Assembly (NCBI RefSeq): GCF_000829235.1
Contig: NZ_AP012549.1
Span: 2,010,001 to 2,042,000 of the forward strand
From: a cyanobacterium endosymbiont of Epithemia turgida isolate EtSB Lake Yunoko
Lineage (GTDB): Bacteria > Cyanobacteriota > Cyanobacteriia > Cyanobacteriales > Microcystaceae
Length of the DNA stretch: 32,000 bases
Reading direction: 5' to 3'
The notes under the pieces were generated by a model. That model made no database searches and had not been told where the DNA came from. It worked only from the letters and a program-made list of their open reading frames with translations. Position numbers and translations under genes: made by a program. Within the stretch, counting starts at the first letter, position 1. Each line of letters starts with the position of its first letter. This document shows, one piece after another, positions 17,525 through 27,284 of the stretch.

Positions 17525-18619
17525 TTATAGTTCGAGGCGTGCGTAATTATCGATTAAGGCAGGGGTTCCATTCTGTTTGACGGCTCCAAATCTTTGGAAA
17601 TAATGGCGAATTTCTGTAGGAAATTCAGAAAAATCAAATACGTTATCTCCTTCAGCAATATCAGCCCAGAAATATTTTAAATAAGGAACTAATTTTTCAG
17701 CTTCTTTCATAGACATTTCAAAAGGTGAAGCCATCAATAATTTTATCATAAAAGGAAAAGAGCGCTCTCCAATTAGCTGACGAGACATTGTGGTTAAATT
17801 GTCCCAACCAGTAACTCTATCGACTCGATGGGATTTAATATTAAGATTAATATTTTTTTGAGATGTTCGTTCAACTTCTATAATTCGATAGGGATGAGGA
17901 TAACTAACCAAAGAACCCGTCGTAATTTCGTAAATATTATTATGGTAAGCGATATCTTGAATGTGCAAATGACCGGTAAAAATAAGCTTACAACCTGTAT
18001 TTTTTAATATATTTAATAATAAAGAGGCATTGTCCAACATATAGCGTTTACCTAGGGGGTTATTTGCTTGTCTTGGTAAATGTTCAATAACATTATGATG
18101 AATTATTATCAAAATTAATTGGTCTTTAAGTTGAGGAAGTAATTTTTCTAACCAGGTTAATTGTTTTTCATCTAAACAACCTAATTGTTTTCCATCTTCA
18201 TTAAATTGATTAGAATTAAGGCCAATCAATTGTACCCCTGGCAAAACTTCATGAGTATAGTAACATTGATGACTATCACTGTAACCATGAGAACGATAGT
18301 ACTTGGTAAACTCTCGAAAACCAATGGTGTTCTGTGTTGAATACAAGGTAGGAATATCATGGTTACCAGGAACGACATATACGGGAAAAGGTAAGAACGC
18401 CAAACGTTGTTGCAACCAAGAATGGTTATCAGGTTCCCCATCCTGAGTTAAATCTCCTGGAATTAAGAGAAAATCCAGATCAAGTTGTTCTAAATGACTA
18501 AAGACCTTTTCTATAGCTAAAATACCAATCTCTACTATAGAAAAGTGGTTGGAGTCATGCTTTATGGTGTATGGAACTGCTAAATGGGGATCACTGATAA
18601 TGGCAAAGCGAAATTTCAT
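17525..18619 (-). CDS. Calcineurin-like metallophosphoesterase
   Basis: 364-aa ORF with the ordered motifs 'ISDPHL', 'GDLTQDG', 'GNHD', 'IIHHN' and 'GHLH'. Confidence 0.85.
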   Translation of the reverse strand: MKFRFAIISDPHLAVPYTIKHDSNHFSIVEIGILAIEKVFSHLEQLDLDFLLIPGDLTQDGEPDNHSWLQQRLAFLPFPVYVVPGNHDIPTLYSTQNTIGFREFTKYYRSHGYSDSHQCYYTHEVLPGVQLIGLNSNQFNEDGKQLGCLDEKQLTWLEKLLPQLKDQLILIIIHHNVIEHLPRQANNPLGKRYMLDNASLLLNILKNTGCKLIFTGHLHIQDIAYHNNIYEITTGSLVSYPHPYRIIEVERTSQKNINLNIKSHRVDRVTGWDNLTTMSRQLIGERSFPFMIKLLMASPFEMSMKEAEKLVPYLKYFWADIAEGDNVFDFSEFPTEIRHYFQRFGAVKQNGTPALIDNYARLEL

Positions 18620-18675
18620 ACACTATAACGATGGTAGAATCTTGTTTTTATAGAAAAGCATAGGAGGGATTTATT

Positions 18676-19332
18676 TTGGGACGAGTTCGTGTTCGTCAAC
18701 ACGTTAATCCGCTTAGTAATAAGTATCGCCAACCAATTACACTTCCTCATTGGGAAGATATTTACGGCAACCTAGCACAATCGCTTCATTTAGATATTGG
18801 ATGTGCAAGGGGAAAGTTCTTATTACAACTAGCTTCTTTGTATCCAAGGACAAACTTCTTAGGAATAGAAATTCGAGAACCGTTAGTGAAAGAAGCTAAT
18901 GAACACCGCGATCGCCTAGTACTGACAAATCTTCATTTCCTATCCTGTAATATTAACCTATTTTTGAATCATTTACTTGCTTCCTTACACCCAAATGTTC
19001 TTCAATGGGTGACAATTCAATTTCCAGATCCTTGGTTTAAACATCGTCACCTAAAACGGCGGATTGTGCAACCAGAGTTGGTCGATACTTTAGCACAATA
19101 TTTAGCCGATGGAGGAACAGTATTTTTACAATCTGATATAAAGATAGTTGCTCAAGAAATGGGTGAACGTTTTTTAGATCATCCTAATTTTGAAAAACAA
19201 CATTCAGAAAATTGGTTATCAGGAAACCCATTTTCTATTACTACAGAGAGGGAAATCGCTTCTCTTAATAAGGGGAAATCTATTTATCGATTGTTGCTAA
19301 AAAATTCAAATAAACTAGTTTCTCTTTATTAG
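18676..19332 (+). CDS. trmB: tRNA (guanine-N7)-methyltransferase
   Basis: 218-aa ORF with 'VRQHVNPL', 'DIGCARGKFLL' and 'FPDPWFKHRH'. The TTG start is supported by an AGGAGG Shine-Dalgarno at 18662-18667, 8 nt upstream. Confidence 0.9.
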   Translation: MGRVRVRQHVNPLSNKYRQPITLPHWEDIYGNLAQSLHLDIGCARGKFLLQLASLYPRTNFLGIEIREPLVKEANEHRDRLVLTNLHFLSCNINLFLNHLLASLHPNVLQWVTIQFPDPWFKHRHLKRRIVQPELVDTLAQYLADGGTVFLQSDIKIVAQEMGERFLDHPNFEKQHSENWLSGNPFSITTEREIASLNKGKSIYRLLLKNSNKLVSLY

Positions 19333-20671
19333 GTGTAGTAAAATCATTAAGCAGAATATTACAATTCTAATTTTTTCGTATATAAAAAAATTAATATTTA
19401 CTTATATTGGATAAGTAACAAATAGTCTCTTAATATAATAAAAAATTTTATCATTAAAATTAATATTTTTATTTAAATATAATTAAACTTATTACTTATT
19501 AGATGATTAATTTTGATGGTGTATAAATAGCTACTTGTTATCTTATCAGTCAAGATAAAATTTATGTCCTCATTCTTAGTGAATATGTATTAAATAAAAT
19601 TATATATAATAAAAAAATTAAACCTAAAATAAATAGTTATTAGGATTTTCACGAATTTATATAATGGACTTAAACTGCTTTTAAAAATTTGTTATACAGT
19701 AGACATATTAACAAAAATACCTAAAATTTTATCTCCCTAATAAATAGGGTAATAGATTAATTGAAAAATTAAATTAATTACGAAGATAAGCTGATAACTT
19801 AACTGACTTTGATTATTTTATAGAGGAAGTTTAATTGAACTAGTATTTGTCTGAAAATTTATAATACTTAATCCAGATAACCTAACAAACTTGAGTTTAT
19901 AAAAATTGAAACTTTAAATCTGAAATAATTATTTTCTTTTGAAAATAAAAGTAAATAATAATAGGTTTTTTAAAATACTATCTAAGCAAAAAATAGCATA
20001 AGTAAAATAATAAATTAATCAATATAAATCGAATACTTATTGTTCAAAATAATTAAGTTGTATTATACTATTTGAGGTCAATCAACATAAATTACTTTAA
20101 ATAAAGTAATACAAAAACATAATTTAAGTGGATAAATTTATCAAAATAAGTGAAAAATATATTATTTTAAGTTATTTAAATAAGGTTTAAATAATAGATA
20201 ATTAAACACGGTTTATTATATAACATAAATTATTATTATTTAATTTATATAAATAATGTTAAACTTATTTAATTTAAATTAACTTTAAGGATGATTAAAA
20301 AATAAGTGGCTTGATTTAAACAATTAATAATTTACAACGTGCTATTGCTAATTTTAAAAATGAATATTATAGCTAATAAGCCCAACATTGACTATACCAT
20401 AATTGATATAAGTACTCATCTAGTAGTAATTAGCTAAAACTTGTTGATGACCAATAATTTTTTGTTATTTTTCTTATTGAAGAGGCCATTGAAATACTTG
20501 ATTAAGTTTTATAAAGTATTTAGGTTTAAGGAATTATATTGCTGAAAAATAAAACAAAAGTGTTCTATGATAACTACAAGTAGTTTACAATAATTTCAGC
20601 CCAAATCAACGCTTTTAAAACGCCTCATAGCGATACGTTACTATACTGTTTTTAGGTTTATATTTTAGGGT

Positions 20672-21053
20672 TTATTCCTGGGCTTCTACTGCTTGATTAA
20701 TCAATTGCTTGTTCTCATAAGGATTAGCTAAATTACTGAAAGCTATCATATTTACTTTGTAAAGTAAAATTGCCTCTTTATAGTTGTAAATTACTAAGTC
20801 TATCTGCTCTTAAGTGAAATAAGCATAACCTAGGAGACTTTAAATTCAAGCATAGTTTTTAAGTTTAATTTTTGTTTATCTTTCAATATCTTTTCTTAAA
20901 GTTTTACTAACTGGATATATAACTTTTTGTCTAAGAGAAGAGTACCTAATTTATAATACTCTTGAGGAGATTAACTTTGTTTTTGCAACTTCTCTTGAAA
21001 CTTAAAAAAGTGACTATACCAAATAAATAAACTATTAGAATAATTTCATTCAT
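20672..21053 (-). pseudogene. Decayed TPR-repeat protein, Ycf37/Pyg7-like (photosystem I assembly/stability factor family)
   Basis: The minus strand starts with ATG at 21053 and an N-terminal helix 'MNEIILIVYLFGIVTF'. After a frameshift in a T-run it reads 'KFQEKLQKQS*SPQEYYKLGTLLLDKKLYIQLVKL*EKILKDK...'. After a second frameshift it reads 'LGYAYFT*EQIDLVIYNYKEAILLYKVNMIAFSNLANPYENKQLINQAVEAQE*'. There are at least 3 stops and 2 frameshifts. The TPR consensus is clear, but the Ycf37 assignment rests on recalled motifs (QEYY.LGS..L.KKLY, NALGYAYF.QEQYDLAI..YKEA). Confidence 0.55.
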
Positions 21054-21105
21054 CAGACTTAACGTGACGGATAATAGACATTGGAACAAACAAGTTTACT
21101 ATTAA

Positions 21106-21891
21106 CTATTTACTATCAACTATTGAGGGAAGTCCCCAAAATGCTGTCCGTTTTTGTAGCCAACCCGACTTTTGCCAACGAAGGATCGCTTGATTTACGC
21201 GATCGCGTAAACTACTATACTGTAAACCTTTGGGCATCACTACCGCTAAAGCTTCTGCTGACAGACGGACAGCAAATTGATGATAAGAAGGATAATCTTT
21301 TACCCACCCGGCCAAAACACTATTGTCTCCTGCAAAGGCATCGGCAGCATTAATTTCTAATAATGTTAAAGCTTCTTGATAGGAATTGACTCCAATCAAT
21401 TGTGCTTGAGGAAATTCCTCACGAATGACAGATATGGCACTAGAGGCTCTAAGAACGGCAATTTTCCCATTAGCTAATCCTTGTAACCCTTTTAGATAGG
21501 ATTGTTTTGCTACAATTCCTGTTCCATCAAGATAGTAATACGGGCTAAAGTCAACTAAACGGTTGCGAGAGGCTGTTACTGTCACCCTAGCAATCACTAA
21601 GTCAACTTTGCCATCAATTATCATTTGTAGACGTTCTTGGTTAGTAACAGGTTGTAAGATCACTGCTTGACGATCACCGAATAATTCTTCAGCTAACTCA
21701 CGAGCGACATCAATTTCAAATCCTTGAAGTTGTCCTTCTTGAGGATAAAATCCTAAAGGGCGAACATTATCTTTAACGGCAATAATTAGTTTACCTCGAC
21801 GCAAAATTTCGTCTAATTCTACTGTTCTAGCCGAACTCATTCCAAAGGTAAAAAAGAAGCTAATTAGACAAGTTAAGAAAACTTTTCTCAT
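21106..21891 (-). CDS. ABC transporter substrate-binding protein, family 3 (polar amino acid / glutamine type)
   Basis: 261-aa ORF with a signal peptide 'MRKVFLTCLISFFFTFGMSSA' and the motifs 'GKLIIAVKDNVRPLGF', 'GFEIDVARELA' and 'DLVIARVTVTASR', as in PBPb/SBP_bac_3 proteins. Confidence 0.8.
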   Translation of the reverse strand: MRKVFLTCLISFFFTFGMSSARTVELDEILRRGKLIIAVKDNVRPLGFYPQEGQLQGFEIDVARELAEELFGDRQAVILQPVTNQERLQMIIDGKVDLVIARVTVTASRNRLVDFSPYYYLDGTGIVAKQSYLKGLQGLANGKIAVLRASSAISVIREEFPQAQLIGVNSYQEALTLLEINAADAFAGDNSVLAGWVKDYPSYHQFAVRLSAEALAVVMPKGLQYSSLRDRVNQAILRWQKSGWLQKRTAFWGLPSIVDSK

Positions 21892-24172
21892 AAAAATTAA
21901 TTGAAGATAAAGGCAAGTTTTTACCTTATTTTAATCAAGCTAATTGTTTCTTTCAATTTTTTCATGGCGGTTTAATTGTCCCATAACTAGTTAATTTAAT
22001 CAGATGGTTATCTGTCTGTAGGTTGACTGAGTCGACAGTTTCATTTTGCAAAGTATAAGTAGCGACATCAACACCAATAGTGAATGTAATCTCATTTTGC
22101 CCTATCTTAGAGGTTTAGCTGTAATCACGATTCATCTGTTAACAGGTTTTAAAGCTATTTATGTATTGGTTTTAAGTACAGTAGCCATAATTTATTCTAC
22201 TCCAAATTTTACTAAACAATCAACTGTTTGTAGAAAGGTTATATCATCATTCAACCATTAGAGTAGACTTGAACATCTTTATACAGCTACGTCTTCTAAG
22301 AGCTTAGTCTCTGGTATATTTTTTTATTGTTTAATAGATGCTTAGAGTTGTGTTGGATAGATTAGTATTAAATTGAGATAAATAGATAAATTTAAATAAG
22401 GGTTTTCCTGAACAATGGTTTTTAAAGAACAATCGTTAGATACCAGATTATCTAAAAATTAGCTGACATAATTAGAAGAGTAAGAACTATCATTTACTTA
22501 TAATTTACAACTACTTTTAAATAAACTAGGAATAGTGTTTTTTTTAAAAAAAAAAGATTACCGCAATAACAATAATTATATTCTAATCAACCTCTATATT
22601 AATTACTCTAATCTAATATAAAGGTTGATTTATTTGTGTACATTTAAATCTACTTATTTAATTTTAATATAATAAAAACTAACTTATTACTCAAAACCAT
22701 TAATACAAGCAAACTAATTAATATAATTATCGACATAATAGCTAAGTGATTAATATCAATAATTTCATTTTTTCTAGACTAGCTATGGTTAATTTTTAAT
22801 AAATAAAGACTAAAACTATTATTAACTACCAATTTATAGTACTTGAGCTATAAGAGGCATAATTTCTAAATATATTTACATATAAAATAGCATAGATGCA
22901 AATGATTAACCACCATAAGAGTTTAAAATAAGGTTAACTTATTTAACGTAGAAAGACTTACTAAAAATAGATTATAGTATATATTTGTAGGTATTTATAT
23001 CAATGACTATTATTGATATTTTAATAAATTTATCCTTTTTTAAAATTATTTAATTTTAAATTTTGTAATTTTTCTTTGCCATAAGCAATAATCTGTTTTT
23101 GGTGATCTATTGAGATAGTATCAACTGTTAAAGCGGGTCAATTCTTATTGAGTAATTTGTTGGTTTTAGTTAATACAAGAAAAATATAAATAATTCCAAC
23201 AAACTTTTCCTGAAAACCATTAAAAATAAGCACTTTAATACCAGTGTTGGGAATATTAGGAACGCTATTAGAGTAAACCTCAGTTATTTTGTGATAGCGC
23301 TGATAGGTGCGTGTTTTACTATTTGAGAACTCAGTTAAATTGCTCCTCATAAGAAGCAATCCTTGATGGTTAACCTGATGATAATTTTGGATCATATTTA
23401 CCTGACTATCGGTGATGTTAACATACGAAAAGTTTAGAATAAATATATATTTAATTAGTTTATTTTTGGTTTATAGCATAGATAAATTGATATCAATTTA
23501 TTTGCTTATTTTTTGTTGAAAACCTAGAATTAAATGCCCCTAAAACTAATGTTAGATTTAGTATGGTAAAATATTTTAATATTGTTTTAATTTCGCGTTT
23601 AAACTATCATTTAAACATAATAAGCCATGTTTGTAAACTAGAAATCGGTAAAATTTAACCGTAAAATATTTCAATTGATGGAAACCAGATAAATATCAAA
23701 TACAGTCCAATACAGGCTATAAAGTATAACTAAATTAGGATAAAAACACACTAACAAAGCAAAAAAACCGTCTTTTTCGTAAAAAAGAAAAGATAATAGC
23801 ATAGGGATATTCTCACAATAGACTAAGTACAGATATTACTAATAAGTACTATGATAAGTTTTGAAAAAATACTTTAATTTTTAAGAATAGTTCAATCTGC
23901 GACTGTCTCAAGCATAAAATCTATCCACAAAAACGGTAGCTTAAAATAATTATCTAAAAATTTTACTATTAACAAGAAACCAAGACCTGAATGATACCTT
24001 CATTTAACCCTAAGTCTAGATAATTTTGTCCTAATCTCTTATAGCTAGCGCATATTTATAGTTTTTTTGTTATTTTTTAGAGGTAAATCATTGCTATCAA
24101 GAAAAAGACTGAGATCACCAATTTTTTAAACAGTCAACTTCATCCATTATTACTGGTATAAAAATTGCTAAA

Positions 24173-24727
24173 TTAAAAGGGTAGATGCGGAGTATAACTT
24201 ATTACTGCATCAATTTGCTGATAAATACCAGCCAGGCGATCTCCGTCTACATGAATTTCAGAAGTGGGGTAATTTTCTAAAATTTCGATCACTTGAATAT
24301 TACGATCAGAGAGTGCAGAAGTTACTAAAGCTCCTCTTAATGATTCCCGATCAGCCCGTCTTGAGGGAGTATGGATTACTTGGCCAACTTTATCTAATAC
24401 GAAATTCCCAGCAAAACTTTTCAGGATTTTGGATAAAAATACAGGATCGACATTCACATTTTGATTGAGAATACGGCGTAAATCTTCAGGTTGTTTATTT
24501 GCCATTTTGAGATAAGAATTTAAGGAAGAAGATATCTCACCTGTTTTAGCTAAGGTACTTAACTCAGAAATACAGACTGACTCTCGTAAAATACTATATT
24601 TTAGTATAATTTTATCAGCTGCTTCAACTGGCAGAGCAGCATAAAGTGCTCCAAAATTTCCTAAGATTAAGTTTAAGCTTAACCGATAGACTAGACTAAG
24701 TTTTATGAACTTTTTCATTACTATCAA
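24173..24727 (-). CDS. DUF1400-like secreted protein (possibly the surviving N-terminal domain of a longer alpha/beta-hydrolase-type protein)
   Basis: 184-aa ORF with a signal-like N-terminus. The pattern 'ILKYSILRESVCISELSTLAKTGEIS..L..YLKMANKQPEDLRRIL...V.VDPVFLSKIL' resembles DUF1400 as I recall it. The start may be the internal MKKF at 24718. Confidence 0.45.
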   Translation of the reverse strand: MIVMKKFIKLSLVYRLSLNLILGNFGALYAALPVEAADKIILKYSILRESVCISELSTLAKTGEISSSLNSYLKMANKQPEDLRRILNQNVNVDPVFLSKILKSFAGNFVLDKVGQVIHTPSRRADRESLRGALVTSALSDRNIQVIEILENYPTSEIHVDGDRLAGIYQQIDAVISYTPHLPF

Positions 24728-25337
24728 TTAAATTCAATAATTTCTAATATATATTCTACACCAGGTAAAAAAATATTAGTACGTTAATACTTTTTATTTT
24801 AGTGAGGTGTTAAGTTTCCTTTTGTCCTTAACTTTTAATATTCTTTATGTATAATCACCAGTCATAGTGATTACCCTCAATGGAATATAATAAAAAGTTT
24901 AGCAAAAATTATTAGTTTTTTAGCGAAATAAAACATAGTTTATCCTCCATCATTATGGTATATTAGTACTTTATTTTAACCAATAGTTATATAAGATTAA
25001 GACTTCTAGTCTAAACGTAGACTATCAGAGAGGTAACTAAGTTTCCTACTGTTTTACTTCTTTTATGACGATGTCTCCCATTGCCAAACAAAATAGTAAA
25101 TACTTTGGGTAGATCCAAGTATCTTCAGTGAAAGTGACGATACTTGTAAAATTAGCTAAATTAACGAAATGTTTATTATTAACTTTTTTAAAAAATTTAT
25201 TGCCAATGCCTAGACTTATTAGTCTAGGTTATAGATTTACACTATGCCAAGAGAAAGCCAATCTATTATTTTGCTTCCCCAAAAAATATAAAAAATAAAC
25301 CAGCTTGAGTTAGAAACCAGATCGTAACCGGATTAGG

Positions 25338-25387
25338 TTTTATGTTTAACTCCAGATAGAAATTTCTATCTGGAGTTAAACATAAAA
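25338..25387. repeat. 50-bp perfect palindrome (25-bp arms, no spacer)
   Basis: ttttatgtttaactccagatagaaa|tttctatctggagttaaacataaaa. All 25 pairs were checked and pairing breaks at 25337/25388. It lies in the decayed spacer upstream of the chlM pseudogene. Confidence 0.7.
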
Positions 25388-25783
25388 GTCTTGATAAGGC
25401 ATAGTTATGCTCTCATCAAGAGTTCTCTTTATTATGTCTGATTTAAATAAAAATAAAGTTAAATATTTTTTTTGAAAAATTGTTTTTATAGTAGCAGATT
25501 TAGTTATTTGTAGAAAGATTATTACTTTTGATAAATTTAATTAGAATTAACCTTATTGTAAATCATTGTTTAGCATCTATAACAGATTAGAGGGTGACCA
25601 CGTATCATCAACTCTTGATATCGTTGAAGAATCTGAACCGGAAAAAGAATCAGGAGAAACTCAATGAAAATTTCAAGGATTACTTCTAACTTCGTTAAAT
25701 AGTGAATAGTAAAAGCAGTTTATACCCGCACTTGCCAGTACAATAAGGGGTTCTCCTCAATAATTTTAGATTATCTCACGCCA

Positions 25784-26469
25784 ATGAACACTATCGACGA
25801 TAAAGCAATTGTTAAAAAATATTTCAATGCCATTGGGTTTGACCGTTGGCGCAGGATTTATGGAGATGGAGAGGTGAATAAAATTCAAGAGGACATTCGT
25901 CGCGTCCATCAACAAACTATTGATACTGTGGTAGACTGGCTAAAGGCTGAAGAAAATATCAGTAGTTTGTCTATTTGTGACGCGGGGTGTGGTGTGGGGA
26001 GTTTAAGCATTCCCTTAGCTCAAACAGGGGCTAGAGTCCTTGCCAGTGATATTTCCGCGAAATGATGGAAGAAGCCGCCCAAAGAGCCCCAAAATCCCTG
26101 TAAGATGCCAGTAATATTGTCTTTACAGTTCAAGACTTACAAAAATTGTAGGGTCAATATCAGACCGTCATTTGTATTAATGCTCTGATTCATTATCCTA
26201 CCGAAGATACAGCTAAAATGATTGCCCATCTTGCCTCGTTAGCAACGTCTCGTCTAATTCTTATTTTTGCTTCTAAAAACCTTTGTTTAACTATCCTTAA
26301 AAAAATCGGCGAATTCTTTCCAGAACCTGGTATAACTACCCGTGTCTCTCAGCATAAAGAAAAGGATGTCATTGCCATTCTAGAAAACAATGGTCTAAGA
26401 GTTCAACGCGAAGCTATGACCAGTACACGTTTTTATTACTCTCGAATTCTAGAGACGACCCGAAGTTAA
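25784..26469 (+). pseudogene. chlM: Mg-protoporphyrin IX methyltransferase, inactivated by one frameshift and two nonsense codons
   Basis: The N-terminal fragment (25784-26065) carries 'KKYFNAIGFDRWRRIYGDGEVN' and 'CDAGCGVGSLSIPLAQTGA'. The C-terminal fragment (26218-26469) carries 'MIAHLASLA...FASK...LKKIGEFFP...[12 protein letters not shown]'. The two are in different frames. The switch maps to the A-run at 26060-26062, and the second frame contains TAA 26101-26103 and TAG 26149-26151. Confidence 0.9.
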
Positions 26470-26510
26470 TTACTCGATCTTACTTAACTTTTAGCTCATA
26501 TTTGTTGATT

Positions 26511-27284
26511 ATGTCCATTACCCTTCAATGCCTTATTGAGGCCAAACGGCAAGGACGTCTCTTAACTGTCCTCACTGCTTGGGATTATGCCATTGCTCAA
26601 CTCTTGGACATAGCAGGGGTTGATATTATTCTAGTGGGGGACTCCCTGGCAATGGTGGCCTTGGGACATAAAACTACATTACCCTTGACCCTTGAGGAGA
26701 TATTACACCATGGAGGGGCAGTGAGGCGTGGAGTCAAACGGGCTTTCTTAGTGTGTGATTTGCCCTTTTTGAGTTATCAAGAAAGTATTAGCCAAGCTAT
26801 CCACACGGCGGGGCGAGTATTGAAAGAAACAGAGGTTCAAGCGGTGAAACTCGAAGGAGGATACCCAGCTGTGGTAGAAACGGTTGCTCAATTGACGGCT
26901 ATTGGTATTCCAGTGATGGGTCATGTGGGGTTAACTCCCCAGTCGGTACATCGCTTAGGATATCGTCAACAGGGACAAACTGAAACTGACGCGAAACGAA
27001 TTATCTCAGAAGCAATCGCCCTATCAGAGGCGGGGGCATTTGCAGTTGTTCTTGAGCATATTCCGTCTAATTTAGCAAAGATTATTACTAATAAGCTTCC
27101 TATCCCAACCATCGGTATTGGCGCAGGATCTGACTGTGATGGTCAGGTATTGGTTACTGCTGATTTACTGGGATTATCAGGAAAAAAACCCCCTTTTGCT
27201 AAATCATATACCAATTTACGGCAGATTATTACTGAAGCGGTAAAAGAGTTTTCTAGAGAAGTACGCGAGGGGAAATTTCCCTAA
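26511..27284 (+). CDS. panB: 3-methyl-2-oxobutanoate hydroxymethyltransferase (ketopantoate hydroxymethyltransferase)
   Basis: 'LTVLTAWDY', '[14 protein letters not shown]', 'AVKLEGG', '[10 protein letters not shown]' and 'LEHIPS'. I prefer the ATG at 26511 over the TTG at 26502 given by the ORF track. Confidence 0.93.
   Translation: MSITLQCLIEAKRQGRLLTVLTAWDYAIAQLLDIAGVDIILVGDSLAMVALGHKTTLPLTLEEILHHGGAVRRGVKRAFLVCDLPFLSYQESISQAIHTAGRVLKETEVQAVKLEGGYPAVVETVAQLTAIGIPVMGHVGLTPQSVHRLGYRQQGQTETDAKRIISEAIALSEAGAFAVVLEHIPSNLAKIITNKLPIPTIGIGAGSDCDGQVLVTADLLGLSGKKPPFAKSYTNLRQIITEAVKEFSREVREGKFP

Noticed and set aside
18226-18441. 71-aa minus-strand ORF inside the metallophosphoesterase gene
   Set aside because: It is on the same strand but out of frame with the motif-bearing 364-aa ORF.
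21081-21353. 90-aa plus-strand ORF overlapping the 3' part of the binding-protein gene
   Set aside because: It is antisense to a conserved family-3 solute-binding protein.
22046-22261. 71-aa plus-strand ORF
   Set aside because: The opposite strand carries the more protein-like remnant. This ORF is hydrophobic and low-complexity and has a non-ATG start.
23138-23395. 85-aa minus-strand ORF in the 2.3-kb spacer
   Set aside because: It has asparagine/lysine-rich AT-driven composition and no recognisable domain. It could be debris of a lost gene, but I cannot support a call.
25784-26469. Programmed frameshifting or stop-codon read-through as an explanation for the broken chlM
   Set aside because: It would need one frameshift plus suppression of two different stop codons (TAA and TAG) within 90 nt, with no slippery heptamer or stimulatory structure evident. 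Pseudogenisation is far simpler.
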